In this document: piece by piece, positions 1 to 15,820 of the stretch
How positions within the stretch are numbered: the first letter of the stretch is position 1
Layout of the letters: each line of letters opens with the position of its first letter
Source of the DNA: Macrostomum lignano
Taxonomy: Eukaryota
Length of the DNA: 42,948 nucleotides
Assembly: GCA_002269645.1 (NCBI GenBank)
Contig: NIVC01004533.1
Coordinates: forward strand, 1 to 42,948
Direction: 5' to 3'
Made by a program: the position numbers and the translations under genes
Notes under the pieces: model-generated
What the model saw: only the letters and a program-made list of their open reading frames with translations
Told to the model about the DNA's origin: nothing
The model's database searches: none

Positions 1-452
1 AGAGAATATTTTTTATTCTTAAGTTGACCAGTCATTCTAGAATTAAAATTGACATTTTTTACATTTTATACATTTGATACATTTGATTTGTCTTACAAAT
101 TGAATTTTAAATGAAAGTTGTAAGAGTAAGCTGATTAAATTGTGGGAAATTCTTGAAGAGGCCTGTCTCTTGTGTCATTTACCTATATAATATTACATTT
201 TTAACTTGTAGTCATTACAGTATTTTGTCTTTCTTTCTTTTCATAATTCTTAGCAATCTTAGGTATAATAACAATTAATTTTATACAAGCTATAACTATA
301 TTCCTTAGTTAGATACACATTACTATATTACATTAGCCAACAAATCAATTTTGTTCAACAAATCATGAAATCAATATAAGCAATATTAACAAAAATTGTT
401 GGCCTACTCAATTGCATACCATTATGTAGAAAAAAAAATTTATAAATTTTAG

Positions 453-3400
453 CACAGAGAAGCTTTGGAGACTAAATCAGCAGAGGCATTGCAGGAAGAT
501 AATGCTAAGCTTAAGGAGAAAAATGTAAGTATAATATGTTATCAACACTTTGAAATTTAGCCTGTTAGTCTTGTTTGGCCTACCAACCAAACTTTGACAT
601 TTGCACTTGTTAATTGAATTTAAGCTTTGCCTAGAGAGGAAGATGGTGGAAATGCAGTCCAAGATGGACAGAATGAAGTCCTATTGCCAAACTATCATCT
701 CTTCTGGCCATGGATTCAAGCAAGTTCAAGAAAGTGTGGTAAGCGAAAGCTTTTCTATTGTTTATTTTATGTAATAAATTTCTCTGATGAATAATCATTA
801 GCTGAAATCTGTCCATCCATTTGTGTCCACATAAGGCAAAGAATATACCTAAATTTATGGAGGATGAAAATCAGGCAATGGCTGAGAAGATCACCAAACT
901 AGAGGTGAGTATCTGAGATATTTAATATATATATCATATTTTTAAATGCAAGGACTTCAAGTAGAGGGTCAAGTAGTTACTGTAAGTAGAGGGATGCATA
1001 ATGTGGCAACTGTGTTAAATATCAATCAAAGTTTCATTACTTAACTGATTTAGCAAGATAGGATAGGATATTTAAAGCAGAAAACTTTCCAATTTCGCCA
1101 TTTATGAATATCACTAACTCAGTTGGTGCATAGTTGGTGCAGAGTATGTTAATAATGTTAAGAATTTGCACCCCATGTGCAAACCTTATTTAGCTTGAAG
1201 TGTACTACGCCAACGAAGAGAAACAGCGCTGCCAGGAGAAGATGCAGCAGCAACAGCAGAAACTTGATCGACTTTTGGAGTCGAATAAACAGTTTGCTGC
1301 TCGACTTGCCAGTCTGGAGAAGCAACTGACCGTTGTCAAGGACACGTGCAACAGATTTGAGCCGGCAGGTAAATTATTGTGATTGTCTGCTTGCAGGATC
1401 TATTGGCACCAAACCAACAGGTGATTGCCCTAGTGTCTATCAGGTCTATTGGCACCAAACCAACAGGTGATTGCCCTAGTGTCTATCAGGTCTATTGGCA
1501 CCAAACCAACAGGTGATTGCCCTAGTGTCCATCAGGTCTATTGGCACCAAACCAACAGGTGATTGCCCTAGTGTCTATCAAGTCTATTGGCACCAAACCA
1601 ACAGGTGATTGCCCTAGTGTCTATCAAGTCTATTGGCACCAAACCAACAGGTGATTGCCCTAGTGTCTATCAGGTCTATTGGCACCAAACCAACAGGTGA
1701 TTGCCCTAGTGTCTATCAGGTCTATTGGCACCAAACCAACAGGTGATTGCCCTAGTGTCTATCAGGTCTATTGGCACCAAACCAACAGGTTAGTGGGATG
1801 CGCACATGATTGTACATCCCACGATGTACAAAGGCCCCGACTTTCGAATTGTCAGGCAGTGTACACACTATGTGCCTTGTAGGTTCGGTCCGTACGTCAA
1901 AAAAAAATCGTGCATAAGCCCCAAATTTGGTCATGAATGTAATCGAACCCCTGGAGCTGAAGGAACTGAAGTAGAAGGTCGCTACTCTCGCTAGTCGTGC
2001 CAATTTTACTGGAGCCTGGTCTTCGCTTTTCAGTTTTTAGCACTAAATTAGATAACTTGCCTTTCGTATAGCTTTATGCCCCTGTTAGTATGGGCCCCTA
2101 TATATCCAGCAGCAGAGCCCCTCCCCGGGCTGATCCGCGGTAAGCATACGCTTTTCACCCTCGTTTCACAACAATGTATTTTTCAGTAAAAACTGCCTCC
2201 TAAAATTTTCCAAGAAACGTAAATTTCCGTACTTCTACTTCAGTCGCCCTTGATTGGAGAACCAACAACCAAAATACAGTTTGGTTGTTCAGGTTTTGCA
2301 TAGCGCCAAACGCTGCACAGCGTTGGACAAAACGGGGCCAGAAAAACTTGCGGTATCCACCTATCATGATAGAAAAATGCCTGTGCCGATGCGCCCGCCT
2401 ACCCTTTTTAGCCAAAGCGCTGGCTAAGCGCTGCGCCGCCCAGCAGCGAATCCAGTCACACTACCGCTGCTTCGAGCAGCTGGCCAACTCGCGCATCGAG
2501 GACGAGTGCCGTCGCGTCGCGTCGCTGCAGACTCGGCTGGGCATGACCGCCGCCAGAGTACTAGCCCAGGACAGCGAGACTGAGCACTACCAGTCTGTCA
2601 ATAATGAACAGCGCCTCATGGTGAGTAGAAAATCGAACTCGTCCCTGCTTTGGGGATGTGCATGACCCGCCTCTTTAGATCATGATGAAACCCAATAAAT
2701 CATTTCAGATTTCATACCTGACAAAGCAAGTGCAAGAGCAGGACACCAAAATTGAGGTGAGTGGAGCTGTGCCCGATGGAGTCTGGAATGTAAGATCCTA
2801 ATATACGAGTAGCACAGCTCATTAGTCTTAATACCACAGATACTAAAATAACTATACTCAGCAACATCGAAAAGTCGCCATCACAGAAGATTCAGTCTGT
2901 GGTCGCCACTTTTGAGAGTGCAGATTGAAGTCTCTCAATCTTTGCGAGTGACGCAACTTAGCTACGCCGCGGAAGACTTGAGTTGAGGAATGAAGTGGGG
3001 GGAGCGGTGTGCGAGGGTTTGACGGGTTAGAGCTACCCAGATCAGTTTTCTCGTATCTTTTAGTTCATAATAATAATAATCCAAAAGAAATTGCTCACAT
3101 GCGCATAGAGTGGCGACTTCTCAATGTTGCTGAGTATAGATAGGCCACTCAGGCAGCATATACTTAGTAAAACAGCTTCCTACTTTCAGTTCAGTAGCAA
3201 AGAAGAATACATAAGCTATTTTGTGAAGATAAGGCAGCTGAAAGACTGATAAGTTTAGAAGCCCAAGCTTGCAGGCGTAAACAGCTTGCTAATTGGTTCA
3301 GCCATAATGTACATTAGCCAGTCCACTGAAATGTACATGGCAGCTTTAGGCTGGACTTCCGAGAAAAGGCAATAAAAATTTAGGCGTGGCGGGGTAGAGG

Positions 3401-3835
3401 TTTGCGTGAAAAGGCGCGTTTGGAGGGTTTAAGCTTGGGGGGGGGGGTAAGGGCCAATAAATAGGCCTTGGCTTTAAAAATACATTAAAATGCTGTTTAA
3501 CTTGCTACTGAACTGAAAGTAGCTTGCACTGCACGCAAATGTGCTGCGAACCCGCCAAAGTCGCGGGTTCGATTCAGTTGTACGCTCGTATTCTGCCTTG
3601 TGTCAAGTCTTCCATGAATTTTAGCATTTTCATTCTCTCTATCTACAATGAGAGAGCAGGGCCTGCGCACTCGGAATGAGCACACTGTAACTACTTGCCT
3701 CCTCAGTTGTGGGTCTAAACTTCTCCAGCTCTGCAAATCCCGCAGGAGCTGAAGGTGAAACTGGCCGAAGCGCACGAGCTGATCAGTGATCAGAGCGAAC
3801 TGTTGCTGGAGCGAAGTCAGAGCGGCGATCATTAA
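453..3835 (+). CDS. Unidentified coiled-coil protein, 3' part. Exons 453-524, 625-738, 836-904, 1194-1368, 2412-2620, 2709-2756, 3746-3835; the 5' end is not resolved.
   Basis: All six introns are GT..AG with matching phases (0,0,0,1,0,0). The spliced frame is open: HREALETKSAEALQEDNAKLKEKN|LCLERKMVEM...QESV|AKNIP...KLE|LEVYYANEEK...FEPA|AKALAKR...QRLM|ISYLTKQVQEQDTKIE|ELKVKLAEAHELISDQSELLLERSQSGDH*. It is rich in E/K/Q/L heptads. No family recognised. Confidence 0.75.
1396..1790. repeat. 46-bp minisatellite, ~8.5 copies, intronic
   Basis: Unit GGTCTATTGGCACCAAACCAACAGGTGATTGCCCTAGTGTCTATCA repeats with period 46. Confidence 0.95.
3137..3546. mobile_element. MITE-like non-autonomous element, copy 1 (one terminal repeat lost)
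   Basis: Reverse-complement homolog of 31187..31644. It has an internal inverted repeat CTACTTTCAGTTCAGTAGCAA (3180-3200 / 3502-3522) and a left end TAGATAGGCCACTCA. Confidence 0.7.
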
Positions 3836-4473
3836 GCAATCACCTGCTGATTCTACAGCAGATTAACATTCGCATTTTCATATTGTACTGTTTGGTGTGA
3901 AATACACGCGATTTCTCATGATTTCGTAAATTTTTGAAGAAAAAAATTAACTGTTGCAAATTGTGTTTTCAAGACAGTTTAATTATTATTTTGTTTCGCA
4001 ATTAAAAGCGGAGATTTTGAGAACCGGATTTACAAGCCAACATACACAAGCGGCCACTGGCCTTAGTGCAGACTGTATTTGCGCACTTGCTTGCTATTTA
4101 TAAATTGATAAAGACACGAATAAGAGAATTGAAGTAAGCAGGCGATTACAACAAGAAAAAAAACAACAAACGACTTTGCAATGCTGGTGTTTCCGTAAAA
4201 TGCAAACTAACTATTCGTTATGAAGCGGAATCCTAAAGAGCAAAATGCTCTTTTCAAGCGATTTCGCTGTAAGTAAGCAATTGTTAGAAATGAAAATTGC
4301 CTACAATATTTAAGGAGAACGGTGGCGACTATTGAATGTTGCAAACGAACAAGTCACAAATGACAATTCAAGGTCAGACGACGATTCCAGGTCACAAGCA
4401 ACAATTCAAAATCACAAGCAACAATTCAAAGGTCAAAAAACACAGGAGATGACAATGTCAAAAATGCTGCTGT

Positions 4474-6930
<2,457 letters not shown>

Positions 6931-9165
6931 CTGGCGGCAAATAAGAGAAGAAAGACGGCTGTCAAGATTACAAAAATTTCTACCTGCCAACGGTCAGCTG
7001 TAAGTAACTGCTGTGTCGTGAATAATTAAAACGAATATTTACCTATAGCAATGTATAGACTACATGTATAACTTTTCCACGTGTATAAAAATTCCAAGTA
7101 TTCCTTCTTTTAGACATACAAATAAGCCTTGTTTATTAAAGATGCTTGACAAAAGAAGGAATTTTCTCCTAAGACAAAGTAGTCATTGGACCTTATTCCG
7201 AAGACTAGGCCTAGCATAGAAGGTAAACTAGCAAGGCATATCATTTCAAATTTCTATCACAATTTTCATAGTATTATTCAAGAAAATGGCATCTATATAT
7301 GCTATATTATGTGTATGTGTTATAAGGCAAAGTGGAAGCAGCAAAATAGGCAATAAAAGCTGCCTTCTTGATAGCTATATTAATATATAACATTGTTGCC
7401 AAATGTATTATGGCTAGGATAATTAGGCCGGTTCTCCAGGAGATATTTTAACTTTTCTATTTATAAGGCTAATGATTCATTTTGAGAAGAAATCAAAACA
7501 AAGAAAAATGTTACAATAGAACAGTCCTAAAAGGCCAATCAACTACATAGAAAATTCTGAATAGCCAGAGCAGAAGTGTCCTAACAAAATAAAACACCTC
7601 TTACTTTTAACTAAAATGAAATATAAAACTAAATTTGCATTAGGCATAGATAAAAAATAATAGCCATAGACCTATACTAGAAAACTATAAAGGTTATCAT
7701 GGACAAACTCCTAAGACAACTCTAAAACTCTAAAATGAACAATGAAAGTCATTTTTGACATATGTTGGTGGATCTATTATTCTTTTAAAGGTTGTTCTAC
7801 AACTTTGTTTTAGCTGTTTATAACAAAAGCATTACCAATAAAAATAGATCATGTACCTTGATCTTTCTATAAAAGATTATAAATAATGTTTAGGAGAGGG
7901 CTTCATTTACATGTACTTGTATCAATTCACCTACCCATACTGTTCATCATACCATTATTCTTTGTAAATGCACATTTCAGTCCCAGTCCATTTCTAATAT
8001 GTTCAGCAGCACCCACTCTATTTATCTAGAAAAATTGATTTGTTGGTTAAATTATATAATTATCAGTCTCTCTAGGGAGAATGTGCTTTGTGAGATGTTT
8101 GTTTGTTTGTTTGTTTGTTTGGCTAGTAGCCAAAAATATAAAGCTTTATTTGCAAAGACACAATTTATTGCATGAACTTTAGGTTTATGTTGTGCTTTGA
8201 AGTATAGGTTTATATCATTCTCACTTTGCAAGGTATATTGCTGCAATGTTGCAGGAATGTTGATGAATCATGTTTTGCCATGTTTTGCAATATGATATTA
8301 TGCAAAAAATGCTATTTAGATATTTGGCCACTCTATGGTTGATGTGCAACATAGCTAATATTGTTGATATGCAATGCTACAACAATATAACTGCTACAGA
8401 TTTTAGTTAGCTCTGATAGTAAATGAAAATGCATGCAATACTTTGATATTTGACTTATCATAATCAGTATCAGTTTGACTCAAATGGTTATAGTCATCAT
8501 TATTATAGATATCCATACCAGAATGGTAGATTTTTTATATTTTATAATTATTCACTACTTTTTCATGAACAGCATTTTGTGACTATTTACAAATGTATTA
8601 TGTGACTATATCTATATCTCAATAGAAGAAGTACCAGTTATTGAGCCATTGGACAAGCTGATACACAATGCAAGATTATTTAGTAGTTAGGACAAGATGG
8701 CTTTAGCCACATCTACTTGGCTATCTATTAGGCAGATGGCAATCAGGTTGCAATTAAATTAATAAAGAAATTGAAATTATATGTGGACTTTTTGCATTTT
8801 CTAGTTAGTATCTACTGTTTGTATTGTTCAAATTCAAATATCAAATTTTATTTCAAGTTTAATAGTTGTGGATATGTATGAGATATATAATGTATCTGTT
8901 TTCACTCCCAAATCTTAGCCTAATAGACAAAAGGTGCCAATCAAATTTTTGCTTTTGCATAAGTGCTACAACCTTAATAGCATTGTCTAACTAACCTAAA
9001 AAACAAAACCTAACATTGGCTAAAAACCATATATATATACGAGCAAAAATATATGACAGAAAAGCATCTTGCCTCCTGGTTACCTTAGACTTGCTCACTA
9101 TTAGCAAACTGGAACTTGTTCATAGGCCTCAAGTTGAGCACCAATTCCATTAAAAATAGCCGAGT

Positions 9166-12100
9166 CAGGGAAGCCTCTTTGTTTGCTTTGCTCACCAGGA
9201 AGTGACACTCACATGGCCCCTCCCCACCTCTTCTACAAGTTTAGTCTCGTTTTGGGAACTTGGGTAGCAAAGAATTTTTGTCCTTTGTTTACTATACACT
9301 GAATTACTCATATCTTTTCTATGTTATGCCTATATTTTCTCTGCAGGATATCATTTAGGCAGAAAAAAACAACTGATATCAACTCACTCTGAGCAATTCT
9401 CTGATTTTCTATACTCTAATTTTTTAATCGAACATTTGCATAATACATCATGGGATACAAGTGCTATGTTCCAGCTTGTGTTACTAATTTGCCTTGGTAT
9501 AAGAAGGACCCGACTGTTTCCATCCACAAGTTTCCTTCTACCGAGAATCTGGATCTGCTAAACAAGTGGATTGCTACAATTCCTTGACAATGGACTGAGG
9601 CCGAGCTGTATAAGCTACGGTCTAACCCAAGTCACAACTATCAGGTTTGCTCTCTGCATTTTCCAGTTAAGTTCTTTGTGACTGTCTCTATGGATTCCAA
9701 CCTAAATCGCAAAAGGCCAGCATCTGACAATCCATTGACTACTACTGCTAAGCTGAAAAACTGGCATCTGACAAATGATGCTGTGCCGTGCATCTTCCTA
9801 TATATTGCATCCTACTTGAGCAAGGCCATCCCATCCCGGAAGAGAGGCAAATGGTTTGTACATTGGCTGAGAGCCATTGAGAGAACGACATTCAGCATTG
9901 CAAGGTAGAAGCAGAGGAGCTTCTACAAAAGGATGTGATTTCTGACTTCCACGCTATTGTGTCATATGATCTACCAGATCATCTAAGGTGCTTTTTCAAG
10001 GTGATCTCTAAATTGAGTGTAACCTTTTTTACAACTAGAATGTCCGGTGCCAACAACTTGGAGATTGCCACATCGCTGAATGTTGGCCAAGAGCTGCTGT
10101 TTGAGGTCACAGTTGGTGGTGATAAGCAAGCCTCTTTTGCTGGAGATCTGGCAGCTGACAGCAGTCTTAAAACATTTGCCCAACTTGAAAACATCCTAGC
10201 TAGGCTAAAAAATGTCCGTTTGGAAGATTGCTGGCATGGTTATGAGGAGCACCTCTTACTAGCTAAGATAGAAGTCAAGAGTGATCAAGAGCTAGATACA
10301 TGCATTGAGGAGGCTGCTTTGCTAAACTGAATTTTCTTGTTGAGCAGCTAAGCTTTTTGAGTTTGAAGAAGGGAAGCTAACATACTCTAGCAAGCTACTA
10401 GCTTTTTCATACTGTTGCAGCACCACAGCCCATCAGCGTACAATTTCATTCAGAAATCCAACACAGTCAACCTCCCAAGTGTTAGGCATCTGCAGAGGCT
10501 TTCTTCCAGATTGAGCAATGACCCTGATATCAAGGCTACCGAATATTATCTCAAGCTAAAAGTTGACAGCCTGCCTGAGTCTGAGAGGGTAGTGTTTCTT
10601 GCAATTGACAAAATTTATTTGTTGAAGCAAATGGAATTCAGTGGAGGCAAGGTATTTGGCATTGACGCAGAAACCAATGAGCTCGCCAAAACTGTGTGCA
10701 CTTTTTTGATCAAGTCGCTGCATGGAGACTTCTAGGTAGTAATTTCTCTTATTCCAAAAAGTAGGCTTAGTGCTCTGGACTTGCAAAATCACCTCACTGA
10801 CAGTCTTGCTCTGCTTGATAGGGTTCACCTGAAGCCAGTGGTGTGCATTGTTGACAACAATGCAGTGAATAGGAGCCTCTTTCAGGGTCTTCTATGCAAA
10901 GGCAAGCTCAATCATCAATTCCAAATCCAGTGTCTGGTGAGCCACTGTTCTTTCTCTTTGACCCTGTACACAACTTTAAGAACATCTTGAACAATTGGAT
11001 TTCGCACCAGGTGTTTCAGTTTCCGGACTTCACCGATCCCCAGAAAATCAAAACAGCAGATTTCTGCAATTTGCACAAACTTCATGAGCAAGAACTTGGC
11101 AACCAGCTCGGATTGCCTTTCAACTGAATACAAGGTCCTTGAATCCAACAAACCTGGAGAAGACTAATGTTCAGCATGCAGCCAGCATCTTCAGTGAGTC
11201 TACTGTAGAAGCAGCAAAGTTCTATAGTTTTTCCTCTGGTTTGTTAGCTTTCCTAGTGCTCATTCTTAACATGTGGACAATCTGGAATGTCAAGACCACT
11301 AGGAAAGCGAAGGAAAAGCGGCTTTCCAACGCCGCTCCACTGGTGCCAAACGATCACCGCCTCAACAAGCTGCGCCAGTTTGCCGCTTTCTTCCAACGTG
11401 GGGAGGATTCGAAGTTGCCCAGCTTGACTGCTCCCACTTTCCTTGCTGTTAAGTCCTGCTATCTCACTCTTGCTGATCTTTCCGAGCACCTTTTCTGTAG
11501 GTATATATTTCCCTCTGTTTTGACAGGTAGGATAGTCAGTGACTGGATTGAGCGGCGCTTTGGTTGCTACTGCCAGTTTCATGGAGGCAACTATTTTGTT
11601 TCTGTCTAGCAGATCCTTTAAGCTGAGAAGAAAATTTGCATTTCTAGCCTGCTTCAGTGTCATGGCCTTGGACTAAAAGATTTAAAAATTCTTGACTAGG
11701 CGAGTTCATCAGAGTTTTTTAATCCACTCTTATCCATGAAACTTCTAGGTCTCCAGCATCTTGATGCTGCTCTTACATCTAGTGACCAAAACATTTGTTC
11801 CTATCTTGGTGGCTACGTGTCTAAAGCTCTATGCGGCTAGCTGAAGTGCACTGACTGCAAGAATCTTCTACTTACTAACGATTACTTGGAGTTTTTTGCT
11901 GAAGAGGATTGTGCTGACGACTTTGCCCTGATTCAAATGCGTGACCGAGGCAGTCTGAAGTGCCCTAGCAAATTCGTATTTTTTCTTTTGAAGGCATCCT
12001 ACTTCATGTTTGGACATCTGCGAGATAATGGTCTGTTAACTGCTGATCTTCTCACCTCTGGTAATTTAGTTCAAAATATTGTTGAGCTCTGCCAGGACTA

Positions 12101-12595
12101 TGTGAGTGAATCCACTGATTTTATGACCCTTTCAAGCCAGACTTGCAGTTGTGGAAAGGCAGCTGCTACTCTTTCTTCGCGGATCTTGATTCTGCAGTCC
12201 GGATTTATCTAAAGAATTTTGTCAATGAGACAAACAATGAGAAGGCGAAGAACCAGAAAGTGATGAATTGTAAGGCGTCCAAGCTTTCTAGCAAGAGTTC
12301 GAGTTAGCTGTTTAATATGCGTTTTAATGAGGGAAGCTCAGATTTTTCCTTTTTGTATATAATATTTAATGACAATTTTTAATTTTTTCAGTTTCATTTA
12401 TTTGTTGTATAATTTTTAATTGCAGCCTTTTATTTTCTAAACAAACAGGTATCAATTTATACACTTTCTCATACTGAGCGCACTGAAATAAGTGGGTTCT
12501 TGTGTAGTCTAGGAAAGAAAAACGAGACTCAACTTGTATAGGCACGATTTCAGTGTCGCTTCCTGGTGAGCAAAGCAAACAAAGAGGCTTCCCTG
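9166..12595 (+). mobile_element. P-element/THAP9-like DNA transposon, 3430 bp, with 44-bp TIRs
   Basis: TIRs at 9166-9209 and 12552-12595 (CAGGGAAGCCTCTTTGTTTGCTTTGCTCACCAGGAAG[T/C]GACACT) match at 43/44. They enclose a decayed THAP + P-type transposase. Confidence 0.9.
9450..12307 (+). pseudogene. Decayed THAP-domain P-element transposase
   Basis: THAP: MGYKCYVPAC...HKFP...KWIATIP*...VCSLHF. Catalytic-region motifs: LAIDKIYL..EFSGGKVFG, FFLFDPVHNFKNILNNW (DxxH), PTNLEKTNVQHAASIFS, SDWIERRFGCYCQFHGGNY, LIQMRDRGSLKCPS. There are multiple stops and frameshifts. Confidence 0.88.
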
Positions 12596-14619
12596 CCTGA
12601 GTCAGTGTTTGGTCTTTCTTTTCTATCCTGAGAACTTGCTGTTCAATAAGGCACCTATCTGCCCTTTACTTTCTCGCGAGCATTCTATTCATTAGGAACA
12701 TGCCTTCCCCCTTCCCAGGATGCCAATCCAACCCCTCCCCCTCCTGAGGCTTTTTGCCAACTTCTTTGTCCAGATGCACACTGGCCTTGCCCATAGCTAA
12801 ACTCCAGTCAAATTATTAAGCACCCTACTTTTCTATCCAATTCCCTATTAGATACCTTAATATCAGGCTAGCACTCCCTATTAGCTATTGAAATTCCCCA
12901 TTAGTGTGCCTGTTTCTCAGGCAACTCTAATCCATTGCATAGCCCTTCCCTCCCCTTCCTTGGACTGATTAGACAGTGTCTTGCCACTTGGACATTCACA
13001 TTACCAGGGGTTTTGCTAAGCCCTTCAATGTAGTCAAGTTAAAGTATACCTTCCCCAATTCTAAGAAATCTCCAATTCCCAAGAAATTCATCTATTAGGC
13101 TCAATTAACCTTGTACAATAAGTGTTGATTACAATCTCCAAAGCCAAAAAGTCTAATAATTTTTATTGATTTTAAGCTTTGTTCTATTATGTCTATTGTT
13201 TGACTATATTTTATTATATGACTTTGTAATATCTGTGCTGATTTGTTGCAATTTTGGTTTGCTTTGGTTGTGCTATGGCTTTGGTTAATCCATATTTTAT
13301 CTTATCTTAAGCAATCTAAAAAAACTATTTTTCTTTAAAGTAAAGACAAGCTTTAAAAAAAGTTGAGACATTCCACTTGCTGGGCTTGCAAGATATAAAT
13401 CCTAACTCAGTAGAAGGCTTTTTATCAGGTTTTGATTCTAGAGATATTACAATCTAAATTTTATAGAGAAAAATTTATAGATAGTTTTAAATACTTATTT
13501 AGATGTCATTAGCTTACAAAGTTGATTTCTGTATATGTATAGAAATGGTAGACACATTAAATTCTAGAGTTATTTTCTTCAAAAGAAAACTATTGACTTG
13601 TTGCTAAGAATAAAGCTATTTATACAAACAGTATTTTGCTAATTTTATTAGCAAAAGCAAAGCACAGATTTTCAATTTATAAGCAACATTGCCTATGGCA
13701 AGAGGTCCTGTCTAAAAGCTAAGAACTTAGAACATTTATTATAGACTTTTATAAATAGACTACCACTTAAATAATCTATAGTAAGCATTAGGCATCAGAT
13801 GCTCTAGGTTGTTAACATCAAAGCTTAGATAATGATAAGGACAAATGATATTAAGTCAAACTCTTAAAGTAAAGAGTGGACTTTTTTAAATTCCATTAAG
13901 TTAAGGCTATATTATAATGGTATGAAGCAAGACCAAAATATATTATTAGCATATTCTTTTTAATTTAAAATGATTACTTATTTGAACATAAATTTGAGCA
14001 TAATTTGGTAGGCCAACCAAGTATTACACATGAATTTTTATAATAAGACAAGACTCCTAAATAAATAGCAAAAACTTTTGGCCTTGCATTAGCTAAATAA
14101 TAGCAACTAATTCTTACTAAATTAACATTGATTATTTAAAAAGTTTTTATTAAAAATAGGATTAAGCCTATAATATGAATCTCAATGGCCTAAAACTAAA
14201 ACTATACAACATTACAAATTAAAATAAAAGTAAATAAGCAAAATGCTATTAAATGCAATTAGATTAAAAAATCACAACTATGATTCTTCTGATTGTAAAA
14301 TCACAGATTTTGATTGTGATTCTTAACAAGCCTTAGCCTAGGCCCATAGTTTGGAAAAGTCCATAGGGTAGATCCCATTGGATTTGAGTTTTTAAAGTAG
14401 GCATAAAAGTACTATAAACTGCTGTCCCATCTCCATGGCAGACGCAGACTCAACACAGAGCTTCAGGGATTGATTGACGCTGACAATGCTGCTCTGCATG
14501 TGCAAGCCAGGTTACCCAGGCTGAATCAGGACATGGAAGACAGCAACACAGTGGATGGAGTCCAACTGCATCACGAGTACTGCTTCAACGCAAGTGTTGC
14601 TTGAGTTTGTTGCCTTGCA

Positions 14620-15105
14620 TCAGTTCCCATAATGATGTGTGGCAATTTTTAGCAGAAGCTTCCATCTTAAACACTTACAGGCCATTACAAGTGGGCGATG
14701 CTGCCAAAGGGCTTTCGGATCGAAGCATATCGGCCACAGCTGGCACATGTGCGGATAGTCGCCTGCTTTGTTGCCTATTTCAGCACCAATCTGCAGGATG
14801 CCCTTCTGGATTTTGCAAGAGTGCAGGAAATTTGCAGTGTAGAGGGCAGCATCTTTGTAACAGTCCGACTGTTAGCAGTTGGCCCAGTACCCATGCCTCT
14901 TGCTTTCCTTCTGGCCGGTGAAGAAGGAGTGGAAGGAGAAGCCGTGTGCAGCTTTATTCACATGCACCAACTACAGTGCAAACCATTTGGCTTTCTTCTG
15001 GAGGATGGTGACATCATGCTGCACCACAGCATAGTGCTTGGGATATGCGCACTAAATGAAATGCACATTGCCCTTCTACCCCACCCCCAGGTTGCTCACG
15101 CGTAA
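14620..15105 (-). pseudogene. Possible decayed coding fragment of unknown family
   Basis: One minus-strand frame reads as ~160 protein-like codons broken by 4 stops (KGNVHFI*CAYPKHYAVVQHDVTILQKKAKWFAL*LVHVNKAAHGFPFHSFFTGQ...HMCQLWPICFDPKALWQH). It lies in a GC-richer island. Confidence 0.3.
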
Positions 15106-15820
15106 AATCCCAAAGAGGGACAATTGCTGACAGCTAGTTAAAGTTAGAGTTGGAGTTGAATACTTGGAAGTGAAAAGTTGAAGCAGTTATTAAAATTGTG
15201 GAATACATTTTTAAGTAAATTGCAGATAGCATTTCCAATTTTGGGCTTTGCGAGAGACATCACCAGAGAAGCATCCATTTGTTGTAGGTTTTTCAGACTT
15301 AAAAAGATTCTAAAGGAAGCATGTTAAAAGAGGGCAAATGTAACACACAAGCATGTGCCCCTTAGAAAATGATTCTTCAAGATGAGCCGTTATCCCCTCC
15401 AAATAAGCAACATCAAATAAGGCAATCAATAATGCTTGTACATCTTTATTTATGCACTCCCCAGTACACACACTGTGTATACACTGTTCAGTGTTGTTGC
15501 CAGCAAACGTAGCGTACTATATGTTGCATTATAACTTTCTGCTATGTTAGCAATGTATTTTACACTTGCTGCCATGAAATTGGGGATGCTTTGCTTGACT
15601 TATTGCACTAGGCAGTGGATACACTCTGTGGTCACTGGCTATAGAAATCGATGCATCCATTTAAGCAGGTGAATTGCTAATTTTAAACTACTGCACATAT
15701 TGGCACTATCTACTTCAGTCTATCCAACTATCTACTCCAGTCTATCTGACTATCTACTCCAGTCTATCTGACTATCTACTTCAGTCTATCCAACTATCTA
15801 TTTCAGTATATTCAATCATC

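Noticed and set aside
1964-2244. 13-bp inverted repeat ACTGAAGTAGAAG flanking ~255 bp
   Set aside because: It is short, with no TSD and no second copy in the window.
2840-2930. Possible alternative terminal exon (..TKITILSNIEKSPSQKIQSVVATFESAD*)
   Set aside because: It needs a phase-1 donor, but the preceding exon ends in phase 0. The exon at 3746-3835 fits cleanly.
6984-6997. 14-nt microexon flanked by AG/GT just upstream of ILF2 exon 2
   Set aside because: It has no ATG, and the upstream partner would end in an in-frame TAG. The 27575 exon fits better, though this is not excluded as a minor UTR isoform.
12650-13100. C-rich strand-skewed tract
   Set aside because: It has no periodicity, telomere motif, ORF or termini to interpret.
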